Assembly (NCBI GenBank): GCA_038114645.1
Contig: JAYNRF010000017.1
Span: 13,536 to 77,535 of the forward strand
Direction of reading: 5' to 3'
DNA: 64,000 nt
DNA from: Pseudomonadaceae bacterium
Lineage (GTDB): Bacteria > Pseudomonadota > Gammaproteobacteria > Pseudomonadales > Pseudomonadaceae
Within the stretch, counting starts at the first letter, position 1; every line of letters starts with the position of its first letter. Below the pieces are notes generated by a model. It was not told where the DNA came from. It ran no database searches and saw only the letters and a list, made by a program, of their open reading frames with translations. This document shows positions 50,979 through 59,820 of the stretch, piece after piece. The translations under genes were made by a program, and so were the position numbers.

Positions 50979-53395
50979 CGGCGTTTGCGGCTGGGTTGCA
51001 GTTCCAGTCGATCCGGCAGCGCCTGGATCGACAGCCAATCAAACAGCTGGGTGCGATAGCGACCTTCGTTGAACATCTCGGCCTGATCGCGCAGATGGTC
51101 ATCCAGCGGGTTGCCGGATTGGCCCAGGGGGTTGATGCCCAGTGTTGCGTTCAGGTCAGACAGGTCAATCAGGCGGCGGGTCGATGGCCCGGCCTTGATC
51201 TTGTAGGTTTTCTCGCCACGGTCGAACGCCATGTTGTTCAGCGTCTCGTTACCGCCGTTCACAGCCACCGGCGTGCTGTTAAGGTACTCACCGAACGGCA
51301 GCCGCTCCGCCATCGCGTGGGTGTGCTGCAGGCTCGCCAGACGTGACCATTGCCATTGCTCCGGGTCGCTGCCCAGATCGCTTACCAAGCCACTGATCGC
51401 GTTTTGCCAGGCGTGCTGAATGGCGGCCTGGCGCCCGTCCAGACTTGGCTGCTGGCGGTTGTCCCACCAGGGTGATGTGGGCTTCCAGTACAGGCTGGCC
51501 AGCGTCTTCTCGGCCATGAAGGTGTTGCGGAAGAAGCTGTAGCGCGGGCCCAGCTCGTCGGCGAACAGTGCCTCAGACAGCGCGTCTTGCCAGCGCTGAT
51601 AAATACTCGCCGCGGCGCTGTTTTGATCGTAGCGTCCGTCCCAGGTCGCCAGCAGGCCGGCAGCGATGGTGGCGGGTTCGTGCAGCGCTTCGGGCAATTG
51701 CTCCACATCGAACAGCGGCAGGGCGTCAGCGATCATGCTCAGGGCTATCGGGCGCTGATCGTCGAGCTGGAATGCCTTGAAGTCCGACAGATCAAACTGG
51801 TCCTTGCTGGCCAGCAGTTGCTCCAGCCGTTGCGCGCGGTCGGTCGGTGCGTAATAACCGGGCAGCTTGCGGCGCGGATTGCGCTCGGGGTAAGGGTTGT
51901 TGGTCGAGAAGATAATGCCGTCGCGCGGGTTGATGATGCGCGGGTTGCTCTCGAACGGCTGATAGCCGAGGAAGTCGTCACGGCCGGACCCGCCGTTCAG
52001 CAGGGAAAAGCCATTGCTGCTCTGTGGCCAGCGTTTCAGCTTGCCGATGGCCCACATGGCGATGTTGTTGTCAGCGTCGGCGTACAGCAGATTCAGGCCG
52101 GGGGCGCCGTGCAGGGTCGCGGATGCCTCAAACTCGGCCATGCTGGTGGCGCGAGTGAAGCCGTAGAAGGCTTGGGTGGAATCCGCTTCAGGGTCAAGGA
52201 AGCTCCAGAACAGGCTGACCGGCTGGCGCTCCATGCTGCCCGGCAGATCATTGATGATCGGGCCGTGACGGCTGCTGCGGGTGCGAATCAGGCGATCTTC
52301 CTGGCCTCGAATCTTGATGACTTCCTCGTGCACCTCCAGTCGTTCCCAGTGGTCGACTGCCCAGACCTGTTCGGGGTCATCCGGGTTGGTGCGTTCGCGG
52401 TAAAAATCGACGTCATCGTTCATCAGCATGGTCAGGCCCCAGGCGTGATGACGGGTCTGGCCGAGCAAGGGGAACGGGATGCCGGCCAGAAAATGGCCGT
52501 AGACTTCGCTGTCCGGCGTACGAATATGCGCTTCATACCAGACTGCCGGAGCGGCAAAGCCGATGTGCGGGTCGTTGGCCAGCAGCGGCGCGCCACTGGT
52601 GCTGTGTTCGGCATTGACTACCCAGGCGTTACTGCCAAGGAACTGGCCAGTCGGAAAGGTGCGTTCGACCTGGCTGATCTGCTCCAGCATTGGTGTCAGC
52701 AGTTCGATATAGGGCTGACCGGAGGAGCGCAGCGGCGGCAGCTGGTCGGGCCAGCTGGGCACCAGATCGCGGTAGTGGCGCTCGCTCAGGGTGCCGCGAA
52801 TGCTGTCGACCAGTGCGTCGGTCTTGAATGCTTCGGCAAAGGAATAGGCCATGTAGCCCATGGTGTTGGCGATATCTTCGGTGGTGAAGTAGTCCGGCTG
52901 GGTCATCAGCAGACGGTACTCCAGCGGCACGCCGCCGTGGTCGATGTACTGGTTGATACCGTCCTGATAGGCGTGCATCAGACGCACGTGCGGGCTGTCC
53001 GGCTGCGCTTCCAGGCGCTCTGCGTAGTCGCGGGCGTGACGGCTGATACCCAGGGTGCGAAAGAACCGGTCGGTCGCAAACGACTCGGCGCCAAACAGTT
53101 CGGACAGTCGGCCACCGCCGATACGGCGCAGAATATCCATCTGAAACAGTCGGTCCTGGGCGTGCACATAGCCCAGCGCGCGGTAGGCATCCTCTTCGTT
53201 GGCTGCATCGATATGGGGGACGCCCCAGGCGTCGTAGAACACTTCGACCGGTGCCTTCAAGCCGTCGAGTTTCAGCTCGCCTTCGCGCTTTGCCTGTGCG
53301 CTATGGACTATCCAGAGCGCAGCCAGTGCGGCTATGGTCAACAGCACGACAAGACAAAGTAACAGTTTGAGAGAGCGGTTGATGCGAGCGTTCAC
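50975..53395 (-). CDS. penicillin/AHL acylase family Ntn-hydrolase
   Basis: GTG at 53395 followed by a signal anchor (NARINRSLKLLLCLVVLLTIAALAALW). The autoprocessing site context GQFLG-SNAWVV and a size of about 806 aa fit the S45 acylase family. Confidence 0.85.
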   Translation of the reverse strand: MNARINRSLKLLLCLVVLLTIAALAALWIVHSAQAKREGELKLDGLKAPVEVFYDAWGVPHIDAANEEDAYRALGYVHAQDRLFQMDILRRIGGGRLSELFGAESFATDRFFRTLGISRHARDYAERLEAQPDSPHVRLMHAYQDGINQYIDHGGVPLEYRLLMTQPDYFTTEDIANTMGYMAYSFAEAFKTDALVDSIRGTLSERHYRDLVPSWPDQLPPLRSSGQPYIELLTPMLEQISQVERTFPTGQFLGSNAWVVNAEHSTSGAPLLANDPHIGFAAPAVWYEAHIRTPDSEVYGHFLAGIPFPLLGQTRHHAWGLTMLMNDDVDFYRERTNPDDPEQVWAVDHWERLEVHEEVIKIRGQEDRLIRTRSSRHGPIINDLPGSMERQPVSLFWSFLDPEADSTQAFYGFTRATSMAEFEASATLHGAPGLNLLYADADNNIAMWAIGKLKRWPQSSNGFSLLNGGSGRDDFLGYQPFESNPRIINPRDGIIFSTNNPYPERNPRRKLPGYYAPTDRAQRLEQLLASKDQFDLSDFKAFQLDDQRPIALSMIADALPLFDVEQLPEALHEPATIAAGLLATWDGRYDQNSAAASIYQRWQDALSEALFADELGPRYSFFRNTFMAEKTLASLYWKPTSPWWDNRQQPSLDGRQAAIQHAWQNAISGLVSDLGSDPEQWQWSRLASLQHTHAMAERLPFGEYLNSTPVAVNGGNETLNNMAFDRGEKTYKIKAGPSTRRLIDLSDLNATLGINPLGQSGNPLDDHLRDQAEMFNEGRYRTQLFDWLSIQALPDRLELQPSRKRR

Positions 53396-53494
53396 GATGA
53401 GCCTTGTGCAGCAAAAAAAGGTTTCGGCATCATGAGCACGCCGATGGGCTGCGTCAATCGGCTTCAGCCGGGTTTGTGAAGGAGCAACAGCAAG

Positions 53495-54484
53495 ATGGCA
53501 CAGAGAGTCGCCCTGGTATTGGGCAGCGGAGGCGCGCGTGGATACGCGCACATTGGCGTTATCGAAGAGATTGAGCGTCGGGGTTATGAGATCGCCTGCA
53601 TCGCAGGATGCTCGATGGGCGCCGTAGTCGGCGGCATTCATGCCGCAGGGCGGCTGGCCGATTATCGCAATTGGGTGTCCGGGCTTGATTATCTGGATGT
53701 GATCCGGCTGCTGGATATCGGCTTCGGCAACCTCGGCGCGATCCGCGGTGAGCGGGTGTTCGGCCGCATCCGTGAAATTCTTGGCGAGATTGACATCGAC
53801 GACCTGAATATTCCCTTTACCGCGGTGGCCACTGACCTGACCAACCAGCAGGAAGTCTGGTTTCAGAGTGGTTGCCTGCATCAGGCGATGCGCGCGTCGG
53901 CGGCCATTCCCAGCCTGTTCTCGCCGGTAAAGCAGGGCCATCGCGTACTGGTCGACGGCGGCTTGCTCAACCCCTTGCCGATTGTCCCGGTGGTGTCGGC
54001 GCACTGCGATCTGATCATGGCGGTCAACCTCAACTCGATTGAAAGCACCCATTACCAGATGCCGGTGATCGAGCGCCCGGCTCCTATTCGTCAGCAGTGG
54101 GACCAGTGGATCTCCGCGATAAAACCATCCTGGCTGGGCCGTCGAGCGGACGAAGCCGAGGAGGGCGATCTGGCGTTGCTGGCAGCGGAAGGCGAGGCCG
54201 AGGTCGAGCTGATTCATTCGCGCGAGGAAGACCAGGCCGCGCCGGTTGAAGTGGAGCCACCGCCGGGCCCGGCGAGCATGCTGGAGCTGGTCAACTTGTC
54301 GTTTGAGGCCATGCAGGCCTCGTTGACCCAGTACAAGATCGCCGGTTATCCACCCGATGTGATTTTTAATGTGCCCAAACGCCTGTGCCGGTTTTTCGAG
54401 TTCTATCGAGCGCCTGAGCTGATCGAACTGGGCCGCATGGTGGCCAGCGATACGCTGGATCAGTTCGAGCGGCGCAAGCACTGA
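53495..54484 (+). CDS. patatin-like phospholipase
   Basis: 329 aa with GSGGARG (oxyanion), GCSMG (GxSxG) and DGG (catalytic Asp) motifs. Confidence 0.9.
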   Translation: MAQRVALVLGSGGARGYAHIGVIEEIERRGYEIACIAGCSMGAVVGGIHAAGRLADYRNWVSGLDYLDVIRLLDIGFGNLGAIRGERVFGRIREILGEIDIDDLNIPFTAVATDLTNQQEVWFQSGCLHQAMRASAAIPSLFSPVKQGHRVLVDGGLLNPLPIVPVVSAHCDLIMAVNLNSIESTHYQMPVIERPAPIRQQWDQWISAIKPSWLGRRADEAEEGDLALLAAEGEAEVELIHSREEDQAAPVEVEPPPGPASMLELVNLSFEAMQASLTQYKIAGYPPDVIFNVPKRLCRFFEFYRAPELIELGRMVASDTLDQFERRKH

Positions 54485-54564
54485 GGCGCAGGAAAATAGG
54501 CTTGAGGGCGCGTCGCTGCTAGAATCCGCCGATTGATTTTGATGCCCAGTCGGTGGAGAGCAGC

Positions 54565-55602
54565 ATGACCCAGACCATTCGTTTGACCGAGTACAGCCAC
54601 GGCGCCGGCTGCGGCTGCAAGATTTCGCCCAAGGTGCTGGACGAGATGCTCTCGGTCGGCCAGCCTGGGCCGGCCTTCGAACGGCTCTGGGTGGGTAACG
54701 ACAGCCGCGATGATGCCGCCGTATTCGGTCTGGATGCAGAGCAGGGCATTGTCAGCACCACCGACTTCTTTATGCCGATTGTCGATGACCCGTTTGACTT
54801 CGGCCGCATTGCCGCCACCAACGCCATCAGTGACATCTACGCCATGGGCGGTACGCCGATGATGGCCATCGCTATCCTCGGCTGGCCGGTCAACTTGCTG
54901 CCGGCCGCCGTCGCTGGCGAAGTACTGGCCGGCGCCCGTCAGGTCTGCGCCGAAGCCGGTATGCCGCTGGCAGGTGGTCACTCGATTGATGCCCCCGAGC
55001 CGATCTTTGGCCTGGCGGTGACTGGCCATGTGCTGCGCAGCCAGCTCAAGCGCAACGATCAGGCCAAGGCCGGTGCGCGGCTGTTTCTGACTAAACCCCT
55101 GGGTATCGGCATTCTCACCACCGCTGAAAAGCAGAAGAAACTCCGGCCTGAAGACGCCGGCGTGGCCCGCGACCTGATGTGCCGCCTCAACAGCCCGGGG
55201 CAGCGTTTTGCCACCCTGGAAGGCGTGCAGGCGATGACCGACGTGACCGGCTTTGGTCTGCTCGGCCACCTCACCGAAATGGCCGAGGGCGCCAACCTCA
55301 AGGCGCAGCTGCAGTTTGCCGCCGTACCCAGGCTGCCTGCGGTCGACTACTACCTTGAGCAGGGCTGCGTGCCCGGTGGCACGCTGCGCAACTTCGACAG
55401 CTACGGCCACAAGATCGGCGCGCTCAGCGAAGCGCAGAAGCATCTGCTGTGTGATCCGCAAACCAGCGGCGGCCTGCTGGTCGCTGTTGAGCCCGCAGGC
55501 GAAGCCGCGTTTCTCGCGATGGCGCAGGAACTGGGTCTGGAGCTGGCCTGCATCGGCGAACTGGTCGAGTACGATCAGGGGCCGCGGGTCGAGGTGCTCT
55601 GA
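54565..55602 (+). CDS. selD: selenide, water dikinase
   Basis: ATG at 54565 ([22 protein letters not shown]..), the Cys-type active-site loop. About 345 aa. Confidence 0.95.
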   Translation: MTQTIRLTEYSHGAGCGCKISPKVLDEMLSVGQPGPAFERLWVGNDSRDDAAVFGLDAEQGIVSTTDFFMPIVDDPFDFGRIAATNAISDIYAMGGTPMMAIAILGWPVNLLPAAVAGEVLAGARQVCAEAGMPLAGGHSIDAPEPIFGLAVTGHVLRSQLKRNDQAKAGARLFLTKPLGIGILTTAEKQKKLRPEDAGVARDLMCRLNSPGQRFATLEGVQAMTDVTGFGLLGHLTEMAEGANLKAQLQFAAVPRLPAVDYYLEQGCVPGGTLRNFDSYGHKIGALSEAQKHLLCDPQTSGGLLVAVEPAGEAAFLAMAQELGLELACIGELVEYDQGPRVEVL

Positions 55603-56711
55603 TGCGCGATAACACTGAAGACTTCCGTGCCCTGTTCCTCGGCGACGTGCCGCTGATGGACGTGCGCGCGCCGATCGAGTTCGGCAAGGGCGCCTTCCCG
55701 CAGTCGGTCAATCTACCGCTGATGAATGACGTGGAGCGCCAGAAGGTGGGCACCATGTACAAGCAGCAGGGGCAGGAAGCCGCGATTGCGCTGGGTCACA
55801 GTCTGGTTGGTGGCAAGGTCAAGCAAGCGCGGGTCGAGGCCTGGCTGGAACACGTCAAGGCGCACCCCGAAGGCTATCTGTATTGCTTCCGCGGCGGTCT
55901 GCGCTCGCAGCTGGTGCAGCAGTGGCTGGCCGAGGCGGGTGTGCAGTACCCGCGGGTAGTCGGCGGCTACAAGGCCATGCGCCGTTTCCTGATCGACACT
56001 CTGGACGCTGCCGCGCTGGAATGCTCACCGATACTGGTGGCTGGCATGACCGGCACCGGCAAGACCGAAGTGATCACCGCGCTGGACAACAGCCTGGATC
56101 TGGAAGGTCGTGCCAACCACCGCGGTTCCAGCTTTGGTCGGCATGCCACCCCGCAACCCGCGCAGATCGACTTTGAAAACCTGTTGGCGATTGATGCGCT
56201 CAAGCTGCGCGCCGCGGGCGTAAAGCAGATCGTGCTGGAAGACGAAGGCCGCATCGTCGGCAGTTGCTCGCTGCCGCTGACGCTCTACCGGGAGATGCAG
56301 GAAGCACCGCTGGTGTGGCTTGAAGACAGCTTCGAGAATCGCGTCACCCGCATTCTTGGCGATTACGTCGTCAACATGCAGGCTGAATACAGCGCCCAGC
56401 ATCCGGATGACCCGCAAGCCGCGTTTGCTGCTTTCGAAGCGTATCTGCTCGGCAGCCTGCAACGCATCTACAAGCGGCTCGGTGGCGACCGCCACAGTGA
56501 GCTGAACGCGTTGATGGAAGGCGCGCTGGCCGAGCAGAAGCGCAGTGGTGATGTACATGGCCATCGTGACTGGATCGCCGGGCTGCTGACCCACTACTAC
56601 GACCCGATGTACGTCTATCAACGCGAGAACAAGCGCGCCCGCGTGGTGTTCAGTGGCGAACAGGCTGCCATCGTCGAGTGGCTGCGCGAGCAGCATCAGC
56701 GCCAGGCATGA
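55602..56711 (+). CDS. selU: tRNA 2-selenouridine synthase
   Basis: 369 aa with a rhodanese Cys loop (YCFRGGLRS) and a P-loop (GMTGTGKT). Its start overlaps the selD stop (TGATG). Confidence 0.9.
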   Translation: MRDNTEDFRALFLGDVPLMDVRAPIEFGKGAFPQSVNLPLMNDVERQKVGTMYKQQGQEAAIALGHSLVGGKVKQARVEAWLEHVKAHPEGYLYCFRGGLRSQLVQQWLAEAGVQYPRVVGGYKAMRRFLIDTLDAAALECSPILVAGMTGTGKTEVITALDNSLDLEGRANHRGSSFGRHATPQPAQIDFENLLAIDALKLRAAGVKQIVLEDEGRIVGSCSLPLTLYREMQEAPLVWLEDSFENRVTRILGDYVVNMQAEYSAQHPDDPQAAFAAFEAYLLGSLQRIYKRLGGDRHSELNALMEGALAEQKRSGDVHGHRDWIAGLLTHYYDPMYVYQRENKRARVVFSGEQAAIVEWLREQHQRQA

Positions 56712-56818
56712 TGCGTGAACAACAGCTCTGACTTTGGTCGAGCTGTGACTGACAGTGTTGCTACTATCCTGATCATTCAGGCGCCGGAGGCGCTTTCTTT
56801 GAATCAGGAGCACACAGC

Positions 56819-57580
56819 ATGAGCATGGAATTTTCCGGCAAGGTCGTTCTCATTACCGGCGCCGCTGCCGGTATCGGCAAGGCAACCGCTGAGGCCTTTG
56901 CCGCCGCAGGCGCGCGGGTCATTGCCTCCGACATCGACGCTGAGCAGGGTGCAGCCACCGCCCAGGGCATTCGCGCCGCGGGCGGCGACGTCACCTTTGT
57001 CGCCTGCAATGTCGCCGATGCCGAGCAGGTCAAAGCGCTGATTGCCGGTATCGAAGCCGATTACGGTCGTCTGGATTGCGCGTTCAACAACGCGGGTATT
57101 GAAATCGAACAGGGCAAGCTGGCCGACGGTGATGAGGGCGTGTTCGACCGCATCATGGACGTCAATGTCAAAGGCGTTTGGCAGTGCATGCGCTTCCAGA
57201 TTCCGTTGATGCTGAAAAACGGCGGTGGCTCCATCGTCAACACCGCATCGGTAGCGGCGCTGGGCGCCGCCCCCAAGATGAGCATCTACGCTGCCAGCAA
57301 GCACGCGGTGCTGGGTCTGACGCGTTCTGCTGCGGTCGAGTACGGCAAGCAGGGCATCCGCGTCAACGCCGTTTGCCCGGCGGTTATCGACACCGACATG
57401 TTCCGCCGCGCCGCTGCCATCGAGCCGCGCAAGGCCGAGTTTGCCGCAGCCATGCACCCGGTTGGTCGTATCGGCCGCGCCGAAGAGATCGCCGCTGCGG
57501 TGCTGTATCTGTGCGGTGAAAATTCCGGCTTCACCACCGGTATTGCACTGCCGGTTGACGGCGGCAGTACCTGTATCTGA
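56819..57580 (+). CDS. SDR family oxidoreductase
   Basis: 253 aa with TGAAAGIGKA (cofactor binding), NNAG and YAASK (catalytic Tyr/Lys). Confidence 0.92.
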   Translation: MSMEFSGKVVLITGAAAGIGKATAEAFAAAGARVIASDIDAEQGAATAQGIRAAGGDVTFVACNVADAEQVKALIAGIEADYGRLDCAFNNAGIEIEQGKLADGDEGVFDRIMDVNVKGVWQCMRFQIPLMLKNGGGSIVNTASVAALGAAPKMSIYAASKHAVLGLTRSAAVEYGKQGIRVNAVCPAVIDTDMFRRAAAIEPRKAEFAAAMHPVGRIGRAEEIAAAVLYLCGENSGFTTGIALPVDGGSTCI

Positions 57581-57587
57581 CCCGGCT

Positions 57588-57612
57588 GCCGCACAGCCCC
57601 GAGCTGTGCGGC
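57588..57612 (+). terminator. hairpin after the SDR gene
   Basis: GCCGCACAGC / GCTGTGCGGC, a 10-bp perfect stem with a 5-nt loop, 8 nt after the stop. No T-run. Confidence 0.5.
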
Positions 57613-57807
57613 ATTGAACGAGATGTGATCGCGGCGCACTCGCCTGTGATTATCTGCTTTACCCATTTTCCTGATACCGCTACCTTTCCTTCATGGCCTG
57701 TGGCCATATTGCTTTAGTCAGGGATGGCAGAAGGGCGCTTCGAACGCGTTGGTCGCCATCTTGTGCTGAAAACACAAGATTCAGACGTTCATACAGGGAG
57801 TAATGGC

Positions 57808-58263
57808 ATGGAAAGCAACGTTCACGTGGGCAAATACGTTATCCGGTTCGGGATAGTCAATCTCCTGCTGCTTGTGGCAATCGCCGTGGTGCTGACGCTT
57901 TTGGGTGTCGATGGCAACTCGGGTACGTCTGTTGCCGCTCTTATCGGTGCAGCGTTGGCTGCAGGCAACCGGTTTCTCAAAGACCATAAGCGGTTGCCAA
58001 ACCCGTCAGAAAAACGCCGCCTTACCTGGTTATCTCTCTTGGCAGCTGCGGTTGTGTCCCTATGTTTGCTGGCTGCATTTCTCCTTTGGTCTGGTGCAAC
58101 AAGAGAGCTGCTGAGCATGCACCCGCCAGGCACGTACACAGCGGGTGTTGTGCTGGGTTTACTCGCTTTTTTGGCCGCACTGCACTTCCTTGCATTGTCA
58201 TTCTCATACGGTTTTTTGCTGAAAAGACAGTACGAGGGAATGATCAAAAAGGGCGTGCTTTAA
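57808..58263 (+). CDS. hypothetical 4-TM membrane protein
   Basis: ATG at 57808 with AGGGAG 7 nt upstream, 151 aa. About 50% GC in a hand-counted 60-nt sample, lower than the surrounding genes. Confidence 0.6.
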   Translation: MESNVHVGKYVIRFGIVNLLLLVAIAVVLTLLGVDGNSGTSVAALIGAALAAGNRFLKDHKRLPNPSEKRRLTWLSLLAAAVVSLCLLAAFLLWSGATRELLSMHPPGTYTAGVVLGLLAFLAALHFLALSFSYGFLLKRQYEGMIKKGVL

Positions 58264-58393
58264 CGAAAGCAAGGCGCGGCTTGCCGGTCTATTACGGCCA
58301 GGTGACTACTGCCAGACGCCAGCGCTGTGAAAGGCACCTGCGCTTGCGGTTTAGCGCTGATGAATACGGATGTTTTGATAATAAGGAAAAAGA

Positions 58394-59107
58394 ATGAGCA
58401 GGCACTGTTCGGAATGCGGTGTGCAATTGGTTGGAGAGGCCCCCAAATGCAGTAGCTGTGGAGCGATTCAAGGGGATTTTGTTTACAAGAGTCGGGTCGC
58501 TGCAGCAGCACTGGCCTTCTTTACCGGCCTATTCGGTATGCATCGGTTCTACCTCGGCCAGTGGTGGGGCGTTCTCTATCTGCTGTTTTTCTGGACTTAT
58601 ATCCCGGCTTTGGTGGCGTTTGTTGAGGGGATTGTCATTCTGTCCACCTCTCAGAAAGCCTGGAATGACAAATACAACAAGGGGCTCTCGCTCGGTATTG
58701 AAAAGGGCGGCGTCGTCATCGTCGTGCCGCTTATCTTCTTGACCATTTTCAGCATTGGTACGCTTGCGGCTATCGCCTTGCCGGCCTATCAGGACTACAC
58801 CCGTCGCTCGCAGATTCTTGAGTCTCATCAGTTGGCAGAGCAGCTCAAACCGCTGGTGGAAACCTACCTGCAACAGCACCAGGAATGGCAGGAAACGTTC
58901 AGTCAGCTCGCCGCGGGTGACATTGTGATCCCTGACATGGTGGAATCTGTACAGATTAATACCGGCGCCATTATTGTTTGGCCGGCTTCCAGCATTGGCG
59001 TAGACGGTTACATGATGTATTCGCCGCTGCGCTATGGCGAAGGGGTCAAGTGGCGCTGCTCCGATTCGACCGTGGAGCAAAAGTACCTTCCCGGGTCCTG
59101 CCGCTAG
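58394..59107 (+). CDS. zinc-ribbon / TM2-domain / type IV pilin-domain fusion protein
   Basis: 237 aa. CSECG..CSSCG ribbon; TM2-like FFTGLFGMHRFYLGQWW; then IGTLAAIALPAYQDYTRRSQ and a C-terminal ..KWRCSDSTVEQKYLPGSCR that closely mimic the pilin alpha1 helix and disulfide loop. Confidence 0.75.
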   Translation: MSRHCSECGVQLVGEAPKCSSCGAIQGDFVYKSRVAAAALAFFTGLFGMHRFYLGQWWGVLYLLFFWTYIPALVAFVEGIVILSTSQKAWNDKYNKGLSLGIEKGGVVIVVPLIFLTIFSIGTLAAIALPAYQDYTRRSQILESHQLAEQLKPLVETYLQQHQEWQETFSQLAAGDIVIPDMVESVQINTGAIIVWPASSIGVDGYMMYSPLRYGEGVKWRCSDSTVEQKYLPGSCR

Positions 59108-59161
59108 CGTCCCTCCATTTGCTGTCGTGCCTGCCTGTGCGCGGCTGACGGCAACCGATGA

Positions 59162-59194
59162 TCACTCGGGCCCTGCGTGCGCGGGCCCGAGTGA
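59162..59194 (+). terminator. 12-bp perfect hairpin between the pilin-fusion gene and the CMD gene
   Basis: TCACTCGGGCCC / GGGCCCGAGTGA with a 9-nt loop. No T-run. Confidence 0.45.
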
Positions 59195-59224
59195 CACCCT
59201 TACAACAACAAGAGAACTTTCCAG

Positions 59225-59560
59225 ATGAGCGATTACCAATCTCGCAGCGACAAAGCCTACGCCAAGCAACTCATGCAGGCCGCCAACAAAGAAGCCACCG
59301 CCTTCCTCAATCTCAAGGCCACCGCAGAGCGCAAAGATGGCGCTATCCCAGAGAAGTACCGCGAGCTGATGTCCATCGCCGTCGCGCTGTCGACGCAATG
59401 TTCCTATTGCATCGACGCCCACGTCGAAAACGCGGTCAAGGCGGGTGCGACTAAGGAAGAGCTCGCGGAAACCGTGTTCATTGCCTCGGCACTGCGCGCG
59501 GGCGCAGCGGTTGGGCATGGGTTGCTGGCGATGAAGTTGTTTGAGGAGCATTCGGGCTGA
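59225..59560 (+). CDS. carboxymuconolactone decarboxylase/AhpD-like family protein
   Basis: 111 aa with a CxxC in ..ALSTQCSYCIDAHV.., typical of the AhpD-like fold. Confidence 0.85.
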   Translation: MSDYQSRSDKAYAKQLMQAANKEATAFLNLKATAERKDGAIPEKYRELMSIAVALSTQCSYCIDAHVENAVKAGATKEELAETVFIASALRAGAAVGHGLLAMKLFEEHSG

Positions 59561-59820
59561 GTTGCTGGTGGGCAGTTTCTACACGGGCCAGCTAGTGTGG
59601 CGCTGGTGAAGCACTTTGCGTACGCAACCTGTGCTTCGCCGCTGGCGCTGTAGCGGGGACTATTCGGGCTGCCAGCCAATACGGCTCGCTGAGCTGGGGT
59701 GACCGTGTGCGTTTTGCTAAAGCCTACACAGACATGATGCAACAATAGTAGGCTTGGGGTTACGTTTGCGGCGTCACTGTATAGAACTACGGATATTCAC
59801 GTTTTATTTAAAGGGATTTT

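Noticed and set aside
50975-54481. 1168-aa minus-strand ORF that looks like a giant acylase
   Set aside because: Its first 362 codons are the antisense shadow of the patatin gene (53495-54484), which has clear GxGxxG/GxSxG/DGG motifs. They show only Arg/His/Gln-rich, motif-less sequence. Acylase similarity and a signal anchor begin right after the in-frame GTG at 53395.
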